DNA of 57,718 nt from Patescibacteria group bacterium (GCA_013387205.1 WARV01000007.1:1-57718); one strand, 5' to 3'. Counted from the stretch's first letter, positions 25,716 to 33,742 are shown. The notes: generated by a model from the sequence alone, not told the origin. Numbers and translations: made by a program.

Positions 25716-25937
25716 TTGATAAATTATTCGTCTTGTCCACCACGTACCATTCGCTACGCTCAGGTACGTGGCGCAGCCACGAACACTTGGGCAAATGGTA
25801 CGTGCAGTGTACCCGAACGCAGTGAGTGGTTCGCTGCCGCTAGCGCCGCCAGGCGACATGAGGAAGCGAGTGGTGAGTGCCCTGCACCGGAGGCTTTAGC
25901 CGACTGGTACAGGGCTGGCGCAGCAATAAAAAAATAA
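25716..25937. repeat. GC-rich block of stacked hairpins upstream of the second GIY-YIG gene
   Basis: ccacgtacc..ggtacgtgg (25739-25771) encloses ccattcgctacgctcaggtac, a variant of the TCGACAAGCTCAGG motif. gccctgcacc..ggtacagggc is also present. ORFs on both strands here look like artefacts. Confidence 0.55.
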
Positions 25938-25950
25938 AAGAGTATCTCAA

Positions 25951-26175
25951 ATGCCAATACAATTTCATTACGTATATATCTTACACAGCCTTAAAGATGG
26001 GCTGTTTTATGTTGGTTATTCCGATAATCTTAAGCAACGAGTCAATGATCACAACATGGGTAAAAATATATCCACTAAAAATCGCCGCCCACTTGAATTA
26101 ATTTTCTATGAAGCCTTCCCCAACAAGTTTGACGCACTATGTTTTGAATACCTTATTTTACTTAATTGTAATTAA
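25951..26175 (+). pseudogene. GIY-YIG nuclease family gene, probably C-terminally degenerate
   Basis: FHYVYILHSLKDGLFYVGYSDNLKQRVNDHN is a good GIY-YIG N-terminus. After ..ELIFYEAFPNKFDAL the expected REKxxK/GW-type tail (present in 17849-18118) is replaced by CFEYLILLNCN-stop. Confidence 0.55.
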
Positions 26176-26241
26176 ATTAAATCGGAGTATAATAAAAATA
26201 TAGCCTTAATCTAGGGAAATAAAATATTTTTCCTTGTTTTT

Positions 26242-27531
26242 ATGAAACGATATTTAATCGTGCTTTTGTTTTTTCTTATATTTGGGGGTATTTATATCTC
26301 CTCTCAAACAACCCAAGCCTATGGAGAGTGTTCTGAATATGGTTTGATGATCACTTATGATTCTTATACCCACACTTGCAAGTGTATGAGCGGTTACGTT
26401 TTTGGCAAAAACTTTATGGGAGAACCATATTGTGTTTCTGCTGACCAGGTGTGCCGCGATAAGCTCGGAATAATGTCTCGCTATAATTCTTTAAGTGACT
26501 CTTGTGAATGTAGTTACGGATATGTTATAGGCACGGACTCTATTGGTAGGACGCAGTGTATTTCCAGGGATGACCAATGCCATAAGCAGCTTGGTTATAA
26601 TTCAAGTTATAATATCTTAAAAAATGCTTGTGTTTGCAGGTCGGGGTACATAATTGACGGTGGAACTTGCCGAGACGGTGATACTGTTTGTAGGAATGAC
26701 CATGGTTTATATGCCGAATACAATAGTAGTTCTAATAGATGTGAGTGTGAAAGTGGTTATACTTTCGACGATAATAACCAATGCGTGAAAAAACAAAATA
26801 ACGTTTATTTCTATTTAAAGGAAGTTGATACGGATAACCGTGAAGCAATTATTAAAAGTGAGTATGACTATACTTATTACCTAATTCGTTATGGAATTGG
26901 CTGTTATAGTTCGAGCATTAAAAGATATTTGCGAAACGATATTGTTGTAAATTTGGGTATAGATTTTGACTTGGATACTTGGGATAAAATTGTCTTGCAG
27001 GATGATAATGAAACTTGCGATATAACCAGTGTTCATCGCGCGTCTTCGTCCGATACCTTAGTCCCAGTAGAAGAATCAGATTATACCTATGTTGCGCCCG
27101 TGCCTGCAATTGTTGCGCCGCCCACTCCTTTTATTAACAGTCAGACGACTGCTTTACCTAAAACTTGCCCGGAAGGCCAGGCTCTAACTTTAGATAAAAA
27201 AAATTGTGTATCTATCCCTGCTAATTCTCACGCCGCTTTAAACAGTAAGACAGATATTTGGGAGTGTGATGAAGGTTATAAAGAAGTAAACAATAAATGT
27301 ATAAAAATAGAAAATGTTTTAACTGTAAAACAGACACAATCAGATAGTGATGCTAAAGTTGTAGTGGAACAAGCTAGGTCCAACTCGCCGATTATTACAG
27401 CTTCTGAAAATAGCCAGAACCAACAAGGTGTGGCTCCGCAAAAATCTGAATCAAAAGTCAAATCCTTTTTTCGAGGGATTGGTAGAGGAATTGGAAACTC
27501 ATTTAAAAAAATTGGAAATTGGTTCAAGTAA
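26242..27531 (+). CDS. Secreted cysteine-rich repeat protein (EGF-like CxC..GY modules), unknown function
   Basis: Signal/TM IVLLFFLIFGGIYISS. At least four tandem modules of about 38 aa: C..(L/H)G....YN.....C.C..GY(V/I/T)......C. Confidence 0.7.
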   Translation: MKRYLIVLLFFLIFGGIYISSQTTQAYGECSEYGLMITYDSYTHTCKCMSGYVFGKNFMGEPYCVSADQVCRDKLGIMSRYNSLSDSCECSYGYVIGTDSIGRTQCISRDDQCHKQLGYNSSYNILKNACVCRSGYIIDGGTCRDGDTVCRNDHGLYAEYNSSSNRCECESGYTFDDNNQCVKKQNNVYFYLKEVDTDNREAIIKSEYDYTYYLIRYGIGCYSSSIKRYLRNDIVVNLGIDFDLDTWDKIVLQDDNETCDITSVHRASSSDTLVPVEESDYTYVAPVPAIVAPPTPFINSQTTALPKTCPEGQALTLDKKNCVSIPANSHAALNSKTDIWECDEGYKEVNNKCIKIENVLTVKQTQSDSDAKVVVEQARSNSPIITASENSQNQQGVAPQKSESKVKSFFRGIGRGIGNSFKKIGNWFK

Positions 27532-27542
27532 AATTACACTTT

Positions 27543-27857
27543 ATGTCACCATTTAGCAATCAACAAGAGTCCCCTGACAATCAGGCAATTAGGGAGTTGC
27601 GTGATGAAACTAAAGACTTAAATAAGACTTTAAAAAAGGCCATCAGAAGCACTGATAGATTTTCCTGGGCTTTTATGATTTTGGCTTTCGTGCAGATAGC
27701 TATTGGTTTATTTCAATACATCCAAGATTCTTTAAATTCCAATCCAAATAAATGGATGGGTCTTCTTTGGGTTTTAGTTTTAGTAGGAGTTATATTTGGA
27801 ATAATTAAGTCAGGATTTAAAGAAGATGTCAAATCGAAAAATAAAGATATAAAATAG
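27543..27857 (+). CDS. Small two-TM membrane protein
   Basis: Helices FSWAFMILAFVQIAIGLF and LLWVLVLVGVIFGII. It lies 12 nt after the upstream stop and 21 nt before the next start. Confidence 0.55.
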   Translation: MSPFSNQQESPDNQAIRELRDETKDLNKTLKKAIRSTDRFSWAFMILAFVQIAIGLFQYIQDSLNSNPNKWMGLLWVLVLVGVIFGIIKSGFKEDVKSKNKDIK

Positions 27858-27878
27858 TTTAACTTATCACAAAATATT

Positions 27879-30800
27879 ATGAACGAACAAATAATTTATA
27901 GAGGCTCAGAATGGAGAAAATGGGACTTACATATCCACACTCCAGCATCCTTCCACTGGAATGGTGGTAAAAAATTTTTAGAAGCAGACCAGGGTGAGCA
28001 AGAACAAATTCTTCAAAAAATGGTCGATGCGATAAATAGTTCAGATGTCGCTGTTTTTGCAATGACAGACTATTGGACTTTCGACGGATATCTTAAATTA
28101 AAAGATTTTGTAAAAAGAAATAATATAAAGTTAGACAAAACCGTTTTTCCTGGAATGGAGCTTAGAGTTGAAGCCCCCGTAAACTACAGACTAAATATTC
28201 AAGTAATTCTTTCTGATGAGCTTACCCAACAGCAATTACAGGATTTTAAGTCGAAATTAAAGATAGCGAGTATTAATAGAAATTTATCCGACGATGCTTT
28301 AAAAGATTTTGCAAGAAGCCTTGATGACAGTAAAGCAAAAGTTTGTGGATTTGGTTCCGTTTCTACATTAAGTGACATTCAATTGCTCCAATTGGGAGCA
28401 AAGACAGCAGAAGTGACCAAGGAATCGTTATGTAAAGACGCCTTTGAAGCCATCCCCGCGTATAGCGGTTACATTTTATTGCCTTATGACACTTCTGATG
28501 GTTTAAAAAACCTGGATTGGACTACTCATCCACACGATGATAATTATTTTATGCAATCCGCGGATTTGTTTGAATCACGTAACGATGAAACAGTCGACTT
28601 ATTTTTGTGTAGAACTACCGATAAAAATAAAAACTTTATTAAAAATTTTGTAAAGACAATAGGTGGTGAGCCGAAGCCAGTGGTATGCGGTAGCGATGCT
28701 CACAAAATTGAAGATTACGGTAAGTATCCTAATGGTAGAGTTACTTGGATAAAGGCAGATACTACATTTTTAGGATTAAGCCAGGTTATAAATGAACCTG
28801 CGGACAGGGCATATGTTGGCACACTTCCAGATAAATTAGTTGAGGTAAATAACCACAAATCAAAGTATATTGACTCAATCAAAATAACAAACACTCACGC
28901 CAGCGCTTCACCTTCTTGGTTTAGTAATGAGTTACCACTTAATAATGGTTTAGTAGCTGTGATTGGTAAGAAAGGAAATGGAAAAAGCGCGCTTGCTGAT
29001 ATAATAAGTCTTTGTGGGGACAGCAAGGTTAGCCCTGTGGAATACTCCTTTCTGAAACCTAATAAATTTAGAAAGCGCGGGTTGGCGCGCAATTATGAGG
29101 CCACATTAAATTGGCTTGATAGTCAAAAATCAAAAAAGAATCTTGATGAAGATGTTCAGATGGCAACGTCTGTTGAGAAAGTTAAATATTTACCTCAACA
29201 ATATGTTGAAAACATTTGCAATGAAGACGGAGTAAGCACCTTATTCCAGCAAGAAATTGATAAGGTAATCTTTTCTTACGTTCCAGAAGAAAGCCGATTA
29301 GGAACAAGGAGCCTCGCGGAACTCATTAAAATTAAGACTGAGTCGGTTGATAGTTCTCTTTTAACTGCGCGTGCGGATTTGCATAGAATCAATGAACGCG
29401 TTACTTCTTTGGAAGATAAGGAAAATCCAGAATATCTTGAGTCGCTAAACAAAAAGCTGGAAGGGAAAAATCAAGATTTAAAAAATTTATCCAAGCCAAA
29501 AGCTATAAAAAAACCTAAAACTACTTTAAGCAAAGTAAAAGAGAATAAAATCAACAGACTTACGTCCGCAATCTTGAAAGTTAACGGTCAGATTGATAAT
29601 GCTCGCGAAGAATTGAAAAATGTAAATAACAAACTCCACAAACTAAATAGAATTATTGATAAAATCTCAAATTTAAAAGAAGACATAGCTGGGTTAATTG
29701 AAACATTTAAAGAAGACGCAATAGAGCTTTCAATTGACTTATCTAAGGTAATTAATTTAAAAATTTCGGAAGCAGGTTTAATTACAAAGCAAGAAGGCTT
29801 ATTAACAGAAAAAGAAAAATTAGACAATAAGTTAGAACAGAATAATCCTAAATCAAAGGTAAGCCTTTTAAATAACAAAACAAAATTAGAGTCCCAATTA
29901 GAAAGCATCACTGAGACTCTTGGCGCAGACCAGAAATTATATGAACAGTATCAAAAAGAGCTAAAACTATTTGAAGAAAGGGAAAATGCAATAGAAGGTA
30001 AAAAAGGCGACACCAGTTTGGAAACCATCGCTGGTCTTGAAACTGAAATAGATTTTGTTAAAAATAAACTGAGTAGTGCGTTGCAAGAGCAGTATAGAAA
30101 ACGTGGCGATGCCCAAAAAAGATTATTTTTAGAAATTGAAAAAAAGATAGCTTTCTACCAAGAGGTTTACACCCCGCTTGTGCACTTCATAAAAAGTGAA
30201 GAAAAAACACAAAAAGAATCAGGGAGTGTATTAAATTTTAGTGCTGGGTTGATTTTTGATAAACAAAAATTTATTACAAACTTCTTTTCATTTATAAACC
30301 AAGGCAAGGATGGTAGCTTTCAAACTGTAGTAGGTGGCCAAAAAATACTCAATAATATTATAGAAAAATTTGATTTAACGAAAAAAGATGACGTTGGCAA
30401 ATTTGTTGATGATGTTATTGACCACCTAAAAAATGATAAAACCCAAATAACACCAAAGGCCAATCTTATAAAATCCCAGCTCAAAAAAGACCAGGTATCA
30501 TTCTACGATTTTCTGTTTGGTTTAGACTATCTGGGTGTTAAGTATAAAATACTTTTTAACGACAAAGACTTAAATGCGAATGAGTTTTCTCCTGGTGAGA
30601 AAGGAGCGTTGTTACTAATATTTTATTTACTTATTGATAAAGACAACGTGCCGCTGGTAATTGACCAACCAGAAGAAAATTTAGACAATGAGTCAGTGTA
30701 TACCTTACTTGTCCCTTATATCAAAAAAGCAAAGAACAGAAGGCAAATTATAGCAATTACTCACAATCCTAACCTTGCGGTTGTTTGTGATGCTGAACAG

Positions 30801-31046
30801 GTTGTTTGTGCTGTAATGGATAAAAAGAAAAATGAGATTAGATATACTTCTGGAAGCATAGAAGACCCTGCTACAAATAAAAAAATTGTAGATATTTTGG
30901 AAGGAACACTGCCTGCTTTCACGGTTAGAGATAGAAAGTATATCAGGAAGAAAATTAACGGTTCCAAACGAAAGAACTCTATACAGTTCGATACCAGCGA
31001 TTTAGCAATTGCTAAACTTCTTAAACAGGCAGAACTAAAACCCTGA
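27879..31046 (+). CDS. PHP-domain phosphoesterase fused to a Rad50/SMC-like coiled-coil ABC ATPase (Ppl-like defence candidate)
   Basis: PHP motifs WDLHIHTP, AMTDYW, GMELRV, CGSDAHK. Walker A VIGKKGNGKSAL, Q-loop YLPQQ, a coiled coil of about 300 aa, signature-like FSPGEKGAL, Walker B PLVIDQPEENLD, H-loop AITHNPNL. Confidence 0.8.
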   Translation: MNEQIIYRGSEWRKWDLHIHTPASFHWNGGKKFLEADQGEQEQILQKMVDAINSSDVAVFAMTDYWTFDGYLKLKDFVKRNNIKLDKTVFPGMELRVEAPVNYRLNIQVILSDELTQQQLQDFKSKLKIASINRNLSDDALKDFARSLDDSKAKVCGFGSVSTLSDIQLLQLGAKTAEVTKESLCKDAFEAIPAYSGYILLPYDTSDGLKNLDWTTHPHDDNYFMQSADLFESRNDETVDLFLCRTTDKNKNFIKNFVKTIGGEPKPVVCGSDAHKIEDYGKYPNGRVTWIKADTTFLGLSQVINEPADRAYVGTLPDKLVEVNNHKSKYIDSIKITNTHASASPSWFSNELPLNNGLVAVIGKKGNGKSALADIISLCGDSKVSPVEYSFLKPNKFRKRGLARNYEATLNWLDSQKSKKNLDEDVQMATSVEKVKYLPQQYVENICNEDGVSTLFQQEIDKVIFSYVPEESRLGTRSLAELIKIKTESVDSSLLTARADLHRINERVTSLEDKENPEYLESLNKKLEGKNQDLKNLSKPKAIKKPKTTLSKVKENKINRLTSAILKVNGQIDNAREELKNVNNKLHKLNRIIDKISNLKEDIAGLIETFKEDAIELSIDLSKVINLKISEAGLITKQEGLLTEKEKLDNKLEQNNPKSKVSLLNNKTKLESQLESITETLGADQKLYEQYQKELKLFEERENAIEGKKGDTSLETIAGLETEIDFVKNKLSSALQEQYRKRGDAQKRLFLEIEKKIAFYQEVYTPLVHFIKSEEKTQKESGSVLNFSAGLIFDKQKFITNFFSFINQGKDGSFQTVVGGQKILNNIIEKFDLTKKDDVGKFVDDVIDHLKNDKTQITPKANLIKSQLKKDQVSFYDFLFGLDYLGVKYKILFNDKDLNANEFSPGEKGALLLIFYLLIDKDNVPLVIDQPEENLDNESVYTLLVPYIKKAKNRRQIIAITHNPNLAVVCDAEQVVCAVMDKKKNEIRYTSGSIEDPATNKKIVDILEGTLPAFTVRDRKYIRKKINGSKRKNSIQFDTSDLAIAKLLKQAELKP

Positions 31047-31144
31047 TGGTTTATATCTCTTTATTAGCTGAAATTGTTGAATAATTTTTTCTAAATAATC
31101 GTGCCAAGACGCAGAGACCTTGTCCACCTTATAATAAAAATTAG

Positions 31145-31176
31145 ACCACCCTTCGATAAACTCAGGGTGGTTTTTG
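31145..31176 (+). terminator. Hairpin terminator whose loop carries a CCCTTCGATAAACTCAGGG motif copy
   Basis: accaccct..agggtggt followed by ttttt. The motif is at 31149-31167. Confidence 0.65.
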
Positions 31177-31221
31177 TTAATGGGTTGTGTTTCTTTTTCT
31201 ATCCACAGGGGATAAAAACTT

Positions 31222-31233
31222 GTGTGCTATAAT
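31222..31233 (+). promoter_or_regulatory. Extended -10 promoter of the riboswitch transcript
   Basis: TGTGCTATAAT, with TATAAT at 31228-31233. There is no good -35. Confidence 0.45.
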
Positions 31234-31249
31234 ATTTTTACAACTTTAT

Positions 31250-31440
31250 ACGATTAGTTCCCCCCAAGCGTGCGGGGGTTGGCCAGGGAATCCGGTTAGA
31301 TTCCGGAACTGTGCCGCAACTGTAAAATCCCTGCTTAGGCAGGGAATGAGTCAGATTGCTGGCTAGCTAATTGTACGTCGTCCTTCGCTTTCCGAGCAGG
31401 AAGTGGGGGATTTAAGGTTGTATCCACAACAGAAGAAGGG
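31250..31440 (+). promoter_or_regulatory. Cobalamin (B12) riboswitch
   Basis: GCCAGGGAAUCCGGUUAGAUUCCGGAACUGUGCCGCAACUGUAA matches the conserved AGGGAA.CCGGUGAAAAUCCGG..CUG.CCCGCAACUGUAA core. It is preceded by a CCCCC..GGGGG hairpin. A B12-box-like GAGUCAGAUUGCUGGC follows, in which CUGGC can pair with upstream GCCAG. Confidence 0.75.
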
Positions 31441-31444
31441 AAAA

Positions 31445-31876
31445 ATGAAACGCAGAACTCTGCTGAGCGTGTTTTTTTGCAGTCCCGTCCTGGCGGCTGT
31501 TCATTCCGTCAGTCAGGTGTTAAATGACGGCAGTCTTTACCAGTCCGGTTACCGGAACGGCTACCCTTTTAACTCGACAGTTAAGGTTGGCTCCGATGCC
31601 AGCGTGGCTAAGTACGAACTCAACCTTACCTGCATGCGGGCAAATACGGTAGAAGGAATGCTCCGCGCCGCCGGATTCGAGCTGGGGATAAAGAACGACT
31701 TTTCCAGCCTGCCGGGACAAGCGCTGATAAACGTAGTAGAGGATGTAGCCGGAAGTTTCAACATTCTGGTTAACGGCCAATTGTTTTTGTTTGACAGCGC
31801 ATCCACCTATAAAGTGGCAGCTGGCCAAAAAATCACAGTCCGCCTCGCCGCTCCCGGCACCATGGTTCCCAAATAG
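31445..31876 (+). CDS. Riboswitch-controlled secreted protein (143 aa), possibly a DUF4430 / transcobalamin-beta-like B12 binder
   Basis: Purine-rich RBS-like GAAGGG 5 nt before ATG 31445. Signal peptide MKRRTLLSVFFCSPVLAAVHS. The C-terminal half TVEGMLRAAGFEL..GQALINVVEDVAG.SFNILVNGQ..SASTYKVAAGQKITVRL resembles my recollection of the DUF4430 pattern (..L...G.......G.fi.sI.G....W.y.VNG.....a..y.v..GD.I.f.y). Confidence 0.7.
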   Translation: MKRRTLLSVFFCSPVLAAVHSVSQVLNDGSLYQSGYRNGYPFNSTVKVGSDASVAKYELNLTCMRANTVEGMLRAAGFELGIKNDFSSLPGQALINVVEDVAGSFNILVNGQLFLFDSASTYKVAAGQKITVRLAAPGTMVPK

Positions 31877-31940
31877 CCCGAACGGGAAAATGCGAGTAAA
31901 TTTAGCCACTGCCTTGCTCTGTTTTCTGCCCAAACCTGAG

Positions 31941-31975
31941 CCGCCTTGATTTCCATATCAAGGCGGTTTCGTTTT
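31941..31975 (+). terminator. Rho-independent terminator
   Basis: ccgccttgat-ttccat-atcaaggcgg followed by tttcgtttt. Confidence 0.75.
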
Positions 31976-32006
31976 ATCTTTGGAGTATTGTCCTAGAAGT
32001 ATTTTC

Positions 32007-32042
32007 AACGGCTAAATCCTAAAAATAGGCGTTTTAGCCGTT
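32007..32042. repeat. AACGGCTAAA-family hairpin
   Basis: aacggctaaatcc-taaaaata-ggcgttttagccgtt. Confidence 0.75.
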
Positions 32043-32047
32043 TGTTT

Positions 32048-32130
32048 ATGTCATTCCCGGCCAGGTTGGAATCCATGCTTTGATATTAATTAGAATCCTG
32101 GATCCCGGATTGAGTCCAGGATGGGGCAAG
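32048..32130. repeat. TGTCATTCC(C)GG-type palindromic element
   Basis: It starts tgtcattcccggccagg and contains aatcctggatcccggattgagtccaggat hairpins. It is related to 33152-33241. Confidence 0.55.
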
Positions 32131-32321
32131 GATGTGTTTATAAATTCTGGATTTTTTTATGATTTTTGGTATGATGAATTAAGAGTAATTAAATTAACCC
32201 CGTATAACATCATTCGATTTTGTTACAGTATCCAACATATTGAAAACAACTAGGCTCAGACTATTATCAAATTTTGATTTTACTGACCATATCGAATGTT
32301 GTATTACGGGGCAAGATAAAA

Positions 32322-33113
32322 ATGCTCAACAATTTAAAAGCAAACAAAATTTTATGGGTGCTGGTCGCTGTGTTATCCATAATCGCATCGCTTGCCGGAA
32401 TTTCATCCAAAGCTTCAATTTATAACGAAGTTGTCGGTGCTAATTTAATTTCCGGAGCGTTTGGCCAGGATTTAATGAGCTTAGCCGCGGGCATCATCTT
32501 ATTTTTACTGGCTTTGTTTTCCAAACAGGGGAGCACGAAAAAACACATTGTCGCGCTTGGCCTGCTTGGCTACTTCTTTTACGCTTATGGAATTTATGTA
32601 ATTGAACGGGCGTATAACGCATATTATTTGCTTTACATGGCAATTTTTGCCCTCTCATTTTGGGCTATGGTTTACGGCTCGTTTAACATCAGCAAAGAAT
32701 TATTGCAAAAAGCAGGGCTTTCAAACCGCGTCCGCGTTTTCTCGTTAATCGTGGCAATCTTTCAGCCAGTAGTTTTTTATCCGCTCTGGATATCCGCGCT
32801 TCTTCCTTTAATGCGCACGCATAACCGGATTGAATCTTTATATTCCATTTACATTTTAGACCTTTGCTTTATAATGCCGGCATTTTTGATTTTGGCTTAT
32901 TATCTGCTAAAGGAAAAAGTAATAGGTTATTTGCTTTCCCCGGCAATGTTCATTTTAGGATTTACATTGATATTTTCTTTAAGCCTTAGCGAACTGGTAA
33001 AGCCGATTTTTGGCGGAACTACTGACATAGGCAGCTTGGTTTCTTCTCTGGTTTTGTCGATTTTATTTTTATCTGCCTCAGTCTTGCATCTTGGAAAATT
33101 AAAAACGCAATAA
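32322..33113 (+). CDS. Polytopic membrane protein (about 8 TM), unknown function
   Basis: Regularly spaced hydrophobic helices. ATG 32322 gives an N-terminus just ahead of the first TM. Confidence 0.6.
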   Translation: MLNNLKANKILWVLVAVLSIIASLAGISSKASIYNEVVGANLISGAFGQDLMSLAAGIILFLLALFSKQGSTKKHIVALGLLGYFFYAYGIYVIERAYNAYYLLYMAIFALSFWAMVYGSFNISKELLQKAGLSNRVRVFSLIVAIFQPVVFYPLWISALLPLMRTHNRIESLYSIYILDLCFIMPAFLILAYYLLKEKVIGYLLSPAMFILGFTLIFSLSLSELVKPIFGGTTDIGSLVSSLVLSILFLSASVLHLGKLKTQ

Positions 33114-33151
33114 AATAATTAATAATGATGAAATTTTAAAATCTCGTCATT

Positions 33152-33241
33152 TGTCATTCCGGGAGCCACGAAGCGAAGCGGAGATCTGCCCGGAATCTAT
33201 GCGTTGATAGATTTTAGATTCCCGCCTTCGCGGGAATGACA
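33152..33241. repeat. TGTCATTCCGGG...CGCGGGAATGACA palindromic element
   Basis: Terminal inverted repeats tgtcattcc / ggaatgaca. Internal cgaagcgaagcg, cccggaatc and attcccgccttcgcgggaat hairpins. Confidence 0.7.
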
Positions 33242-33415
33242 TTATGTGGATTATCTGTTTTGAGAACTTTCAAATTAAAGAATTAACTTAACTTATGGAA
33301 AACAAACAACTGTTAAAACTCGGAATTTTTTCAGCAATATTTTTAGGGTTGGGGATTGTGCTCTCTGGCCCCTTTAGTGTTTAAATTTAAACTGGATAAA
33401 ACCGTCTAGTTGTAT

Positions 33416-33742
33416 ATGCTCAAATTTTTAAAAACATTCCATACTTCCATATGGGTGGTAATGGCAGCGTCCAATTTCCTGGCTTTTTACTTTGCTTACA
33501 TGGGCAGGTTTGATGGTTGGTTTTGGGTTCCTGCTTTGCTTTTAGGTTTTGAATGTGTTGTTATTGCCGCTAACGGATGGAAGTGTCCGATTACCAAAGT
33601 TGCGGAAAAATATACCGATGACCGCAAGCCTAATTTCGATATTTACCTGCCTGAATGGCTTGCAAAATACAACGTCAAGATTTTCTCTGTTTTAATAGCT
33701 TTGGAAATTTTAATCGTATTGGTTAAATATTTATTTATGTAA
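33416..33742 (+). CDS. Small membrane protein with a W(K)CP(I/L)T motif, DUF2784-like
   Basis: Three hydrophobic helices, with NGWKCPITKVAEKY between helices 2 and 3. The first ATG is 33416. Confidence 0.5.
   Translation: MLKFLKTFHTSIWVVMAASNFLAFYFAYMGRFDGWFWVPALLLGFECVVIAANGWKCPITKVAEKYTDDRKPNFDIYLPEWLAKYNVKIFSVLIALEILIVLVKYLFM

Noticed and set aside
25716-25957. ORFs 25716-25937(+) and 25760-25957(-).
   Set aside because: They are mutually overlapping ORFs in a GC-rich stack of hairpins. They have no RBS and an Ala/Arg-rich nonsense composition. I interpreted the region as a repeat element.
31047-31260. Direct repeat of the ssrA 3' end (attR) marking the far end of the islet.
   Set aside because: I saw no convincing copy of ..GGGTTTAACTCCCGCCATCTCCACCA. 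Only a trivial tgtccacc resemblance is present.
31520-31933. 137-aa minus-strand ORF opposite the riboswitch-controlled gene.
   Set aside because: Riboswitch orientation, RBS, signal peptide and the downstream terminator all support the plus-strand ORF. The minus ORF is a GC-rich shadow frame.
33295-33384. 29-codon ORF encoding a single hydrophobic helix (MENKQLLKLGIFSAIFLGLGIVLSGPFSV).
   Set aside because: It is too short and has no RBS. It cannot be distinguished from chance without expression or conservation data.
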